A stretch of 64,000 nucleotides of DNA, taken from the NCBI GenBank assembly GCA_963663805.2, contig CAXXMR010000027.1:19971-83970 (forward strand). The letters are read 5' to 3'. Numbering within the stretch: the stretch's first letter is position 1; every line of letters starts with the position of its first letter. Positions 36,081 through 46,310 of this stretch are shown one piece after another. The position numbers and the translations under genes were made by a program. The notes beneath the pieces are model-generated. The model had not been told where the DNA came from. It worked only from the letters and a program-made list of their open reading frames with translations, and made no database searches. Source of the DNA: Sedimentisphaerales bacterium. GTDB taxonomy: Bacteria; Planctomycetota; Phycisphaerae; Sedimentisphaerales; SM23-30.

Positions 36081-38264
36081 TTACTTGCAGGTTGGTACCA
36101 CGTTGCAAAGCATCCATTCTTCAGTAAACTTGGCAAAGTCATTGAGATTGACTATGCAGTCGCCATCGAAGTCAAAAGTCGGGTCCTCAGCACAAATCTC
36201 CACACCGGAAATCAGGTCGGTGTACAGGTGGGCAACCGCCACATTGTCCAGAGGATAGCTGAATATTCTGATTTCATCTATGTAACCGACCAGACTCGCC
36301 TCGCCGGTAATTCTTCCGCCAAAGACCAGGGGAACTTCCGGCAGGGCTACAACCGCACCAGTGTTGACTCTTTCGGTTATATATTCACCATCAGCGAACA
36401 GTTTCATTGTGCCGACCCCGTCGTAGGTGATAGTGAGCAGATGCCAGGCATCATCCGCAAACACGCTGGTAGCGTTAATGGAACCGCCCAGGTTCGGAAT
36501 TCCGCCCCCGGCATTGCCGTTGGCATAGATGTGCATGTAGAAGCCGCCGTTATAGCCCGGTTCGTTATTTCTCATGGGGTTGACGGTTTCGGTCTGAGCG
36601 GCATCAAGTTTGATCCAGCAGCTAGCGGTCATGCCCAAAGGATAGAAGTCTATCCATTCGGCACCGGGAATTTCAACAATCAGCCCATCGCCGGTAAACT
36701 CAAAGGCTTTGCCCGATACCCCGCCAGCAACATATCTTGAGCTTGGGTCCGGCGTAGGATTGTTTTCGTTCGGGTCAATGAACGAGCCATGATGGATGCC
36801 AAGTTGGTCATTGAGGTTGTCTTCAAACTTCCAGTGGGCCATCAGACGTTTAGTCCACAACTGGGCGATATTTGACAAAACCAAACCCGCACCATTGGAG
36901 GCTTCGCAATAGTAATATCCCTCGTCAGTCTGCTGAACGCCGGAAATCAGCAATGTTGCGTCAGTGCCTACCTGGGTGTCATCGCCCGGAGTGTTATTAG
37001 CGGCATCGAGCGAGCGATACCATTTGTAACTTTCGATATTCAGGCCGACAATAGAAAATTCCGCCGGGTCACCAATCGCTGAAATCGTGGATTGAGGGTC
37101 TGCTGAAATATAGGGCACCTGCGGTATCGTGGTGAAATTCCACACACTGCCCGTTTTTGTTGAACCACCAACTATCGCGTCAACACGCCAATAATAAGTG
37201 GTGTCATTGATAAGGTCTGCGGGGAATTCGTAGCTCAGGCCGGTGATGCCGCTTACTACTGTTGTACCCACCGCGCCGAAGTCGTTATCGTCGGCACGGT
37301 AGTTAAGTGTATAACTGCTGGGGGTGCCCAAATCGGGGGCTTCCCAGCTTAAGTCCGTGTCAATGGCGATCAGAATAGAACCATTACCCGGCGTGGGGTT
37401 TTTTGCCAGCTCGGTATAGCCCAGAGAGGCCAGGTCGCCGCGACCGCCTTCGTTGTTGGTAATCGTGCGAATTGAACCTAAATTTACTTCCGTTCCGATT
37501 ACGTCACCGGCAACCGAGAATTTTTTGACTGTGTCGTCGCCACCAAAAGTGCGGAATGCGTACATCATGGTATCATCATCCGGGTCGAGGGCACAGCCGC
37601 ACAAACCACTGGAAAGACTCGCACCGGTAAGTCTGGTCATTACTCCGGTGTTGACATTAGCTTTCCAAACATAATTTGTATTGCCGACAATATAGCAGAT
37701 ATTTGTACTGCTGAATGCCAGGTCGAGAACCGCGTTGGTCTGGGGGGCATAACCGCCGCCGCTCAGAGTGACAGTTGTTATGATTGACCCGTCGTTGTCG
37801 TTTATCTGGTACAATTTGCCGGAAATATTATCTATAGCCCACAGTTGACCGGAGGTGCTATAGGCTGCCGCGCAGGCGAAATAATTCTGCTCAGCGCCCT
37901 TGGGGCTCGCTGCTACCTCTGTCCCTCCCAGACTGCTCATGTCAAACTCAATCAGTTGGCTTGTCGCGGTGCTGTCAACAGGGTCGCTGATGACAAAACC
38001 CACAAGTTTGCCCGGCTGACAAGCCAGCCCCTCAACACGCACGTCCAGCCCCTGCACCAAAACATTGCCGTGGCTGGTAACAGTATCGGTTGCAGTGTCA
38101 ATTTCAAAAAGCGTGGTAGGCGGGTCACAGTAAACCGGGATATTGCCATTATTGGTGGCTATTTGCGTACCGTAAATAGTACCCGCGTAAACGTGATTCG
38201 CTCCGGACGAAAAAATCAAACACATCCCGCAAAGCAGTAATGACAGAATTTTTTTCATACTCAT
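36081..38264 (-). CDS. secreted multidomain protein: propeller-like domain, FN3-like, Ig-like, LamG/concanavalin-like lectin domain, dockerin-like tail
   Basis: The N-terminal domain is homologous to both halves of 31330-33354. YYWRVD is present. The Ig-like block is YKWYRS…EGYYYCEASN. The LamG block is AHWKFEDNLNDQLG…WHLLTITYDG…GYIDEIRIFSYPL. The tail is DFDGDCIVNLNDFAKFTEEWMLCN. Confidence 0.6.
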   Translation of the reverse strand: MSMKKILSLLLCGMCLIFSSGANHVYAGTIYGTQIATNNGNIPVYCDPPTTLFEIDTATDTVTSHGNVLVQGLDVRVEGLACQPGKLVGFVISDPVDSTATSQLIEFDMSSLGGTEVAASPKGAEQNYFACAAAYSTSGQLWAIDNISGKLYQINDNDGSIITTVTLSGGGYAPQTNAVLDLAFSSTNICYIVGNTNYVWKANVNTGVMTRLTGASLSSGLCGCALDPDDDTMMYAFRTFGGDDTVKKFSVAGDVIGTEVNLGSIRTITNNEGGRGDLASLGYTELAKNPTPGNGSILIAIDTDLSWEAPDLGTPSSYTLNYRADDNDFGAVGTTVVSGITGLSYEFPADLINDTTYYWRVDAIVGGSTKTGSVWNFTTIPQVPYISADPQSTISAIGDPAEFSIVGLNIESYKWYRSLDAANNTPGDDTQVGTDATLLISGVQQTDEGYYYCEASNGAGLVLSNIAQLWTKRLMAHWKFEDNLNDQLGIHHGSFIDPNENNPTPDPSSRYVAGGVSGKAFEFTGDGLIVEIPGAEWIDFYPLGMTASCWIKLDAAQTETVNPMRNNEPGYNGGFYMHIYANGNAGGGIPNLGGSINATSVFADDAWHLLTITYDGVGTMKLFADGEYITERVNTGAVVALPEVPLVFGGRITGEASLVGYIDEIRIFSYPLDNVAVAHLYTDLISGVEICAEDPTFDFDGDCIVNLNDFAKFTEEWMLCNVVPTCK

Positions 38265-38337
38265 CGTAATGTCCTCCAGTAAAAGTAGTAAAATATTATT
38301 CAATACCTGATTCTTGCTAAACGATCGCTAGGTTTAG

Positions 38338-39300
38338 TTATGCATTGACTTTTGTCGGCCGGGACTGCGGAATTTCAACCTTGAGATAAGGCCTAGAGCC
38401 CAGCCATCCAAAAAAACCTAGTTTGGCCATATCTTTTTCCAGTGCCAGTATTTGGGTGTTCGTCAAAGCCACCAGCGGCAAGCGAGTCGGGCCACAATCC
38501 ATGCCTACCAGTTTCATCGCCGCCTTGAATGCAGCCAGACCACCGTGATCATACAATAACCGACATATGCTCACCGCTTTCAATTGCCATTGGCGAGCGG
38601 TTTCCAGGTCACCCTGCTGAAAAGAGTTTATTACACGCTGATAAATCGGGGCCGCGAAATTGTACGAAGTCCCCACCGCTGAAGTGCCGCCCACGCTCAT
38701 AGATGCCAATAGCATTTCGTCCGAACCGAACAAAATATTGTAACGACCATCCTGAAAGTTTACGCACCTCTGAAAGTCGTGAAGATTATGAGCACTGAAT
38801 TTCATGCCAGCCAGATTGGGGAACTGCTTTTCGCCCAGACGCAGCATTTCCACCGTATCAAAATCTATTCGCGTTGTACGCGGGATGTGATAGTAGTAAA
38901 ACGGTAATTCCGGGGCAGCATCACAAATATGTTTGAGCGTGGCAACCAGAGCTTCAATCGAAACGCACCCGTAATAAATCGGTGGTACCGCTGCCATGGC
39001 ATCAGCACCTGCCTTAAACGCGTGTTTGGCTAAGACTTTCGCTTCTTCAATAGATTCATGACCTACCGATACGATTACCGGTACTCGCTTGTTCGCGGCC
39101 TTGATATATTCTTCCGCAACTGCCATACGTTCCTGACAGCTCAGCAACGCTCCTTCACCCGTTCCACCTCCAACATAAAACCCCTTTATATCCTGCTGTA
39201 TCAGGGACTCTGCTATATCGGAGATTCGACCCAGGTCTACCCTGCCGTCTTCCCGAAAGGGTGTAAAAACTGCGGCGATGAGTCCACTACATTTAACCAT
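38338..39300 (-). CDS. nanA: N-acetylneuraminate lyase-like aldolase (DapA/NanA family)
   Basis: GFYVGGGTGEGALLS compares with E. coli NanA YVGGSTGEAF. The Schiff-base lysine context is GMKFS. GTSYNFAAPIY compares with NanA GSTYNIMG. The locus context is sialidase-like proteins plus an SSS transporter. Confidence 0.65.
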   Translation of the reverse strand: MVKCSGLIAAVFTPFREDGRVDLGRISDIAESLIQQDIKGFYVGGGTGEGALLSCQERMAVAEEYIKAANKRVPVIVSVGHESIEEAKVLAKHAFKAGADAMAAVPPIYYGCVSIEALVATLKHICDAAPELPFYYYHIPRTTRIDFDTVEMLRLGEKQFPNLAGMKFSAHNLHDFQRCVNFQDGRYNILFGSDEMLLASMSVGGTSAVGTSYNFAAPIYQRVINSFQQGDLETARQWQLKAVSICRLLYDHGGLAAFKAAMKLVGMDCGPTRLPLVALTNTQILALEKDMAKLGFFGWLGSRPYLKVEIPQSRPTKVNA

Positions 39301-39434
39301 TATTGTTCTCCAAAATGTCGGCCTATACTACACATGCGACATGAAATCACATAAAAATCAAAACTCAAGATACTTTTGAGGGATTGCTTAACTCGCGTTC
39401 CCTTTAAAACTTCGCCAATTGAAAACATACGAAC

Positions 39435-40208
39435 TTACTTCAGGGTGAATCGATAATCTGAATTTTTCAGATGGTCGGGAGCTTCCTTCAGCTCCAGTTC
39501 AGCCACATGCCCGTCAACAAAAAGGATGTTAGTTTCGTAACTCTTCTCGTCGTGCATCTGGGTATAGGCAAGATACTGAGTGCCGGTCGTAAAATATTCC
39601 GAATAAGCGATAGTACGATCACCTAGCATCACCATATTGCCTGCCTGTCTGATACTCGCGGACTTTTGATTGTAGAGGGTTTCGACTATGCGATGACCAG
39701 CCCCGCCCCATGCTTCACCCTTGGAACTGGTGGCAAGTCCCTCAATTGGATCCAGATAAACTGCGTTGTAAACGTAACTCGAACCATAAATGTCATAGAA
39801 AGGACGGTTGTCATATTCCGACGGAACACCGGAGCCTTTGCGATAACCTTTATCCATTGGGCAGTAACAAACCTTGGTATCAATATAGGGAGTTAATTTT
39901 CTTTCATTGCCCGGAATTGGCTGATAATCACCGTTATGGTCACCAACAATATTAACACGATTGTTATGATAAAGAGTCGCCAGGGTCGGCTTGTCTTTTT
40001 CCATATACATAGGCAGCATGTCGTCATTGTCTTCCGTATATACATTAATACCCAGCCCGATTTGATGAATCTGGGTTCCGCAAACAACTTTCTTGGCTGA
40101 CTCACGAGCTTGCCCCAATGCCGGCAAAAGAATCGAAACCAGCAAAGCTATGATGGCAACTACAACCAATAGTTCGACGAGGGTAAAAGCTTTGGGGCGA
40201 TGATTCAT
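39435..40208 (-). CDS. type II secretion pseudopilin-like protein (prepilin N-terminal methylation site, DUF1559/H-X9-DG type)
   Basis: [26 protein letters not shown] is a prepilin cleavage/methylation motif. C-terminal FVDGHV is present. Confidence 0.75.
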   Translation of the reverse strand: MNHRPKAFTLVELLVVVAIIALLVSILLPALGQARESAKKVVCGTQIHQIGLGINVYTEDNDDMLPMYMEKDKPTLATLYHNNRVNIVGDHNGDYQPIPGNERKLTPYIDTKVCYCPMDKGYRKGSGVPSEYDNRPFYDIYGSSYVYNAVYLDPIEGLATSSKGEAWGGAGHRIVETLYNQKSASIRQAGNMVMLGDRTIAYSEYFTTGTQYLAYTQMHDEKSYETNILFVDGHVAELELKEAPDHLKNSDYRFTLK

Positions 40209-40294
40209 GGCATTTTTCCTTTTTCTCAGGCTATAGACTTTTGTCATCCGATTTCACTGGCTTTATTATCGCAAATTAGCACCTGTGGTTAAAT

Positions 40295-40333
40295 CTCATT
40301 TTGCGTTCAATATTTCTCATTCTACGAACATTA
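40295..40333 (+). promoter_or_regulatory. conserved roughly 40-bp motif, copy 1 (upstream of the XylR/AraC-type regulator)
   Basis: CTCATTTTGCGTTCAATATTTCTCATTCTACGAACATTA is nearly repeated at 42706-42744 and partly, in reverse complement, at 54081-54122. Confidence 0.5.
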
Positions 40334-40464
40334 CTTTTTCTTGCAAAAAAAGGAGATCTGTATCAAAAAATGAGAGAAAATGGCATTTTAAGCCGCTAAG
40401 ACCGAATTATCGGACAAGGAATTATGCTTGCATTTCTTTGTGTCAGTTGTTTAAAATATTTTTT

Positions 40465-41688
40465 ATGAGCAAAATCCCGAAAGTTATCCTGCGGATTTCA
40501 TCAGACCTGGAATATGGTAGGGGATTCCTGCGCGGTGTGGCCAAGTACTCCCGAACACACGGACCATGGCATTTCTACAAACATATTGATGTTATGCTTT
40601 ATCGCGATGACCCCCACAAGGCCCGCAGGCCCCTGACCAGACTAGCCAGCCTGCAAGCTGATGGGCTCATGACCCGTGACCCAATCAAAGATAAAAAACC
40701 CATCGAAGCCGGCATCCCCACCATTTTCGCTATTCATACCAAGGAACAGTTACCCTATTACCCCTACGTTATTATGGACCATTTAGCCATCGGTCGAATG
40801 GCCGCTGAATATCTCATCCGTCAGGGGTTTCGTGAATTCGCCTTCTATGGCCACAGTGATATGTTCTGGTCACGTCAGCGTGGGGATGGCTTCACCAGCA
40901 AGCTCCAGGAAGAAGGTTTTCAGGTTAATCTTTATCAGCCGCCCAAAGGCAAGGTTCTCGTCTCTTGGGAGGAAACTCAGGACCATCTGGAAAAATGGCT
41001 GTTGAGCCTCAGCAAACCGGTTGGCCTGCTTGCCTGCAATGATGTTCAGGCTCAGGATATAATCGAGGCTTGCAAAAACAGTGACTTACATGTCCCCGAT
41101 GATGTAGCCATTATTGGTGTCGATAATGATGAATTGCTGTGTGAACTTACCGAACCGCCCCTGACCAGCGTCGCGGTAAATTTCGCTAAGGCTGGCTACG
41201 AAGCTGCCGAACTGCTCGACCGGCTTATGAAAGGTGAGAAAATGGCCGGCCAACGCATAGTAATCAGACCTTCGCGTGTCGTGGCCCGGCAGTCAACCAA
41301 TATCCTGGCCGTTGAGGATATCGAAGTTCGCAAGGCAATACGTTTTATTCAGAAAAGTGCTAAGCGGCCCATTGCTGTCGATGATGTTGTTGATGCGACT
41401 TTTCTGTCCCGGCGTGTTCTGGAAAAACGCTTCCGAAAATTATTGAACCATAGCATTATGGACGAAATTAAAAAAACTAGAATAGACCAGATCGCCATGC
41501 TCTTGACCGAAACCAGCATGTCTTTGCAAGATATTACCACGGCCCTGAATTTTTCCGGCCTGAATAATATGTCAAGATTTTTTCATAGAGAAAAAGGGGC
41601 TAGTCTTTCTGAATATCGCAAACGTACTCTGGCCGGTTGGACAGGTGCATCCTTGGCCCAAAAAAACGGGACGGACGATATGAAATAA
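40465..41688 (+). CDS. XylR-like regulator: periplasmic-binding-protein-fold sensor plus AraC-type HTH
   Basis: The N-terminus MSKIPKVILRISSDLEYGRGFLRGVAKYSR and the LacI/PBP-like body (VGLLACNDVQAQDIIEAC, IIGVDNDEL) are present. The C-terminal AraC HTH is SRRVLEKRFRKLLNHSIMDEIKKTRI…FSGLNNMSRFFHREKGASLSEYR. Confidence 0.75.
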   Translation: MSKIPKVILRISSDLEYGRGFLRGVAKYSRTHGPWHFYKHIDVMLYRDDPHKARRPLTRLASLQADGLMTRDPIKDKKPIEAGIPTIFAIHTKEQLPYYPYVIMDHLAIGRMAAEYLIRQGFREFAFYGHSDMFWSRQRGDGFTSKLQEEGFQVNLYQPPKGKVLVSWEETQDHLEKWLLSLSKPVGLLACNDVQAQDIIEACKNSDLHVPDDVAIIGVDNDELLCELTEPPLTSVAVNFAKAGYEAAELLDRLMKGEKMAGQRIVIRPSRVVARQSTNILAVEDIEVRKAIRFIQKSAKRPIAVDDVVDATFLSRRVLEKRFRKLLNHSIMDEIKKTRIDQIAMLLTETSMSLQDITTALNFSGLNNMSRFFHREKGASLSEYRKRTLAGWTGASLAQKNGTDDMK

Positions 41689-41725
41689 CGACCATCCCGC
41701 ATATTTGATAGTACTATAAACCCAA

Positions 41726-42544
41726 TCAACTATTCTTGCGTATTCTGATAGCCATGCCCGCTCCAGCCGTCAACAATAGTACGGTCAAGGGCTCCGGAAT
41801 TGCTGTGGTGGAGGTATAGATACCGGTAATCTGCTGTTCGCTGAGCGTATTGTTGAAAATCGCGAAATCATCAAGGGCACCGGTGAAATATCTCATGCCG
41901 CTGGTATGGTAACGCCGGCCCAGCGATACGCGAGCACCCGGCTGCCACGAAGTTGATGCCGTGGTACTGGTAGCAACACCGTCAACGTAGATTATGGGTA
42001 TCGCGTCTCCGGTCTCGGAATCTTCTGCTACCGCGACAGCTATGTGATGCCAGCCGTCGTCCAGATTAGCGACGCTGGATTCCACCTGACTCAAAACATC
42101 ATTTTCGCCCCGGCAATAAACCCGAACATTGCTGCTGCCAAAACCAATGCTGAACTCAACGTCATTATAGGCGTAGGCAAACAATACACTTGCCTGAGCC
42201 CAATTGCCGGTTTTGACCCACGTCGAAACCGTAAAGCTGTCACTTGTTCCGCCCGGAAGATTTTCAGGAGTCGCACTCATCCTGGAGGTATAAACCTCAG
42301 CCACATTGCCGCCGCGAAAATCCAGGGCAGTACCGTATTTACCTGCGACGGAATAGTCATCAAAACTAAAAGCCGGAGTCCCGTTAAACATCGTGGCATC
42401 ATAAGCCGGGTCAGCCACGCCCGCGGTGTCGTGAGCTACCGTCCCGGTACTCTCGTCAAAATCATAGTGCAATACCAACGCGGCATTTGATACGCTGGCC
42501 CATAAAGCTACAAGCAAAATCAACATTTTTTTAGTCAATAACAT
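41726..42544 (-). CDS. secreted LamG-domain protein with PEP-CTERM anchor
   Basis: LHYDFDESTGTVAHDTAG, FTVSTWVK, DDGWHHIAVAV, IYVDG and GALDDFAIFNN are present. C-terminal IPEPLTVLLLTAGAGMAIRIRK is present. Confidence 0.7.
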   Translation of the reverse strand: MLLTKKMLILLVALWASVSNAALVLHYDFDESTGTVAHDTAGVADPAYDATMFNGTPAFSFDDYSVAGKYGTALDFRGGNVAEVYTSRMSATPENLPGGTSDSFTVSTWVKTGNWAQASVLFAYAYNDVEFSIGFGSSNVRVYCRGENDVLSQVESSVANLDDGWHHIAVAVAEDSETGDAIPIIYVDGVATSTTASTSWQPGARVSLGRRYHTSGMRYFTGALDDFAIFNNTLSEQQITGIYTSTTAIPEPLTVLLLTAGAGMAIRIRKNS

Positions 42545-42705
42545 TTTGACCTCCTCAATATTACTGAGATGTACTTTTGCGAACTCACACAGTCCACAGT
42601 TTAATATTCATCAATTTACGCACACCAACAGGAAACACCTGTTTTGGAACAGTATCATCTCTCATGACACGTTTCATTGAACCATCTTTGTGTTTTGAAA
42701 AAAAG

Positions 42706-42744
42706 CTCATTTTGCGGTTAATATTTCTCACTATGCGAACATTA
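42706..42744 (+). promoter_or_regulatory. conserved roughly 40-bp motif, copy 2
   Basis: CTCATTTTGCGGTTAATATTTCTCACTATGCGAACATTA. Confidence 0.5.
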
Positions 42745-43966
42745 GTTGCCAAACAATCGAAGAATAAAGTGAGGGCCATATCGCGAAATTCTCCGGGTCC
42801 ACCTGGTCGCAACTTGGCAGCGGGTTCAATAATACGGTGTACGCCCTGGAATCCTGGGACGGCAAATTATACGCCGGGGGTTATTTCACGGCCAATGCTA
42901 CAGATGAAAAAACATTGGCTCACCTGGCTGTTTATGACCCGGCGGAAGATGACTGGGCAACTCTTGGCGGCGGCCTGAATATCAAATACAGTGTACCGGT
43001 CCACGCCCTCAAGGGCCGCGCAGAAGGGCTATATATTGGCGGCGATTTCGATTATATTGGGGGAGCACTGACTGCCAATTATCTGGCGGGCTATAATGAA
43101 GACGGCTGGTCGGAGATGTTGGCTTGTGAGGAAGGGATAACCATTACCGCTGGCCCATCTGAGACTGCTCTAACCAATGACGGGGTCTATGCCATCGGCA
43201 ACTGGCGTGCATCTTATCCAACAGTTTATTATCGCCTGGCCTGCTGGGATGGTGAAATCTGGAGTGCCATCGAGTCGGACTATACGCAGTTTAGAGGTAT
43301 TGCCTCAGATGGCAGCAGTATGTTTGTAGGGACATATAGCGATATCACAGGTGAGTATCATGTCGCAGAATACAACGGGGCAAACTGGCAGGAGCTGGGC
43401 GGGATATTCAATCGAAATCCTCAGGCCCTAGCCGTAGCAAGTGATGGAACGGTATTTGCAGCTGCGAGCGGATCAATCGAAATTGACGGCGAAACAGGTT
43501 ATAACTGTATCGCCCAGTGGTATGACAACCAATGGCTAAAACTCGGTTCCGGCCTGACAGGTAATTCTCCCCTGGCAAACGCTCTGGCCATTGATGATGA
43601 TGACAATCTCTATGTCGGCGGGCGGTTCACCCAAGCCGGGGTGGTAGATGCTCTAAATGTCTGCCTGCGGGAAGAAGATGGCATTTTAAGTAATCTGGGC
43701 GCAGGGCTTGATGGCACAGTTAAAGTATTATTAGTGGATGAATCCACTATTATCGCCGGAGGTGATTTCAGCGGTCATGTAGCGGCTTACATTAATGAAG
43801 AATGGACTTATTTAGGTGCCGGGCTGGATGGTACGGTGCGGGCCTTGGCTGTTTGGGATGATAAGATTTACGCCGGGGGTAAATTTGAAACTTCCGGCGA
43901 AACAATCGTTAATAACATCGCGGTGTTTTCCGGCGGTAACTGGCAGGCTCTGGGGGCAGGTCTTAC

Positions 43967-45968
43967 CCCCAATTTCTCACTTAAGGGGTAAAAAGTGGAT
44001 TTTTGGCTCCTTCAGGGCTGTTGGTCTGTCGCCAACAGTGGTGTTATTTTTTGAGCTGACCGCTGTATATTTTCGGTGGCTTTTGCGGCGGCATTTCCAT
44101 CTTCAAATGGTATAGCAGCAATTTCTGATCGCCATCGGGCTCGGTATATCTCTGCATCAGCAGAGTCCTGCCGTCCTGGGTTTCAAAGGACACATCGAGC
44201 ATCTGGATTCGTGACATTGTTTCCAAAACGGCCTGGCTGGTTATCCCGCAGGCACTGGCCCGCAGTCTGTGTCTCAAGGTCACTTGCAGACAATAGCTCA
44301 TAAACGCTACAAACACGTGAGCATCGACCCGGTCTTCTTTATGGTGATAGACCGGCCGAACACCCAGATCGCTTTTGAGCTCCCGGAACGCTTGTTCTAC
44401 ATTACATTGCAGCATATACTCCTGCCAAAGCTCTATGCCATTCTTTCCGGTTTGATTGGTACGCAAAAAGTATGTGCCGTCACGATAAATCATTTCTCGG
44501 TATTTGTTCCTATCGAATTTATAATCAAACTCACCTTCCTCAATTCTTTCCTTTGGTTTTGGAATTGTAAGAGTAACGCATTTATACGAACTGCCAGCAT
44601 GATGTTTGAGTTTGCCCAGCCTTTGCATAAAACGGGCGTAATCACGATATTTCTTCAGCTTCTCCAGACCTTCCAGATAGTCACGCAGCTTGCGCTTACG
44701 CATAGCCCGTTCTTTAGCCATCCGCTCTTTGCTGCGGGCTAGAACATAACATTCACCATCTTTTTCGATATGCTTTATGCGAACACTGTCATTTACATCA
44801 TGCCAGTTTTTCACCGAGAGTTCTTTTGAGAATTCATCCAGTAATTTACGAGGAGTACCAACAAGGTAACCAATGTCATTATCACGCATGTGCTCAAGTA
44901 CCGCTTCTGTGGGGATACCCCGGTCCATCAGCCAAACCCTGCCGACTTGGCCGTATTTTGACTCTATCTTGTTCAATAACGGCTTTAGCGTGGTTTTCTC
45001 CGAGGTATTACCCGCCCAGATTTCATAATTAATCGGAAAGCCATCGGGCGTAACTACCAAAGCTATCAGAATCTGCCGACAATCACTTCTGCGATCTTTG
45101 CTATGACCAAATTTGGCTTTAGGATTCTGTTTGCATAATCCCTCAAAATACGTACTGGTGATATCGTAAAGCAAAATATCGTATTCCAGATTGAACATCA
45201 TCTGCCAGGTATCTTTCAGATAAGAGCAAAGCTCCTCTTTGTAGGGCAATATCCTGTCCAGGCAGCGGTAAAGCCGGTTCTTTTCGGCAACCTCAAAATC
45301 ACAGTCCAGCAATACATCCATTGCGGTTTGAGTAAACCAGTGCTGATGAACATAAAACTCCGCGCCGGGTTTGATAAGACGATTTACCGTCAATAATTTA
45401 ACGACTTTGGAATACTCCACCGAAGATCTTTCGGTGTCTATACGAGCGGACCAGAATTTATCCAGCCCAAGAGTATCCCATATCTCACAGCCCAGCCAAC
45501 AGTCACCAAATGTTCGGGGGTTTTCCAGCCGCATCTTTGATAATTTCACGGCAATGGTATCGACATCATGGTGGGCATGATTATCCTGGTCATAAGCAAA
45601 CAATGATTTGCGGACAGGCTGGTTATCCTCGTTGATTATCTCAATAGACTTTTCCCAGGACTTCTTTTGCGAATCGGAAATCTCCCCGAGATACAGAACC
45701 ATCTTCTCCACATAACGACCGCGCGAGACTTTACGCTTCTCAGCTATGCTGTAGTAGGTGTTGTACTTGCCGTTCTTCTTTCGCTTGTGCTTCTTCAGGT
45801 ACATGCACATATTATCGCGGCTGAAAAACACCTGGCAATAGGGCAGGTCTGTACCAGAGCCAATATCGAACTAAAATCGCCGCTTACAACTCAAAATCAC
45901 AGAAAATATTTTTATTTTTGACGGTTTTGACCGCTAAGTGAGAAATTGGGGTTAAGTGAGAAATTTGG
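43967..45968 (-). mobile_element. IS1634 (IS4-related) family insertion sequence; termini approximate
   Basis: The left end CCCCAATTTCTCACTTA is inverted at the right as TAAGTGAGAAATTGGGG (45935-45951). This is followed by a second copy, TTAAGTGAGAAATTTGGG (45952-45969). A single large transposase gene lies inside. Confidence 0.7.
44044..45804 (-). CDS. IS1634-family DDE transposase
   Basis: The N-terminus MYLKKHKRKKNGKYNTYYSIAEKRKVSRGRYVEKMVLYLGEI is characteristic of IS1634 transposases. About 585 aa. Confidence 0.75.
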   Translation of the reverse strand: MYLKKHKRKKNGKYNTYYSIAEKRKVSRGRYVEKMVLYLGEISDSQKKSWEKSIEIINEDNQPVRKSLFAYDQDNHAHHDVDTIAVKLSKMRLENPRTFGDCWLGCEIWDTLGLDKFWSARIDTERSSVEYSKVVKLLTVNRLIKPGAEFYVHQHWFTQTAMDVLLDCDFEVAEKNRLYRCLDRILPYKEELCSYLKDTWQMMFNLEYDILLYDITSTYFEGLCKQNPKAKFGHSKDRRSDCRQILIALVVTPDGFPINYEIWAGNTSEKTTLKPLLNKIESKYGQVGRVWLMDRGIPTEAVLEHMRDNDIGYLVGTPRKLLDEFSKELSVKNWHDVNDSVRIKHIEKDGECYVLARSKERMAKERAMRKRKLRDYLEGLEKLKKYRDYARFMQRLGKLKHHAGSSYKCVTLTIPKPKERIEEGEFDYKFDRNKYREMIYRDGTYFLRTNQTGKNGIELWQEYMLQCNVEQAFRELKSDLGVRPVYHHKEDRVDAHVFVAFMSYCLQVTLRHRLRASACGITSQAVLETMSRIQMLDVSFETQDGRTLLMQRYTEPDGDQKLLLYHLKMEMPPQKPPKIYSGQLKK

Positions 45969-46168
45969 GTTAGGGCTGTTATTGAGTTGGTCGCGGCCTA
46001 CAGTATGGTTGATGAGTTGGTGAAAATCTGCACTTCAGATTCACAGCCGCGGTTAGATTTTTAGAGCCCAGACTGTGGGAAGGCGTACGTAATTTCCTAT
46101 TTCTCAGGTTGTTACAATCTGTCCCGTCAGAGCTTGACCTGGAAAGCTAAAAAATTTCTTCAAAATAC

Positions 46169-46197
46169 TTGCAATCTGGTAGGACTACTTATATATT
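46169..46197 (+). promoter_or_regulatory. sigma-70-like promoter candidate for the PEP carboxykinase gene
   Basis: TTGCAA, a 17-nt spacer, then TATATT. It lies about 115 nt upstream of the ATG at 46311. Confidence 0.4.
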
Positions 46198-46310
46198 AAC
46201 GAGGCTGCGCATTATGCGGAGGGTCGAAACCCCCTCCCCGAAAGTGCGTAATCGTGGCAAGCCGACGTAACGGACGAATTAAAGGTAGTACTAGAAAAAA
46301 GGAAAAAGTT

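Larger units (their letters stand above)
42768..46064 (+). pseudogene. beta-propeller repeat protein gene (LGxGLxGxVxAL…YxGGxF repeats), 5-prime truncated and interrupted by IS1634
   Basis: The frame is open from the stop at 42765 with no ATG, and the repeat pattern already runs upstream of the GTG at 42837. The ORF runs into the IS terminal repeat at about 43967. The repeat pattern (VRAVIEL…) resumes in frame at 45969 and ends at 46064. Confidence 0.6.
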
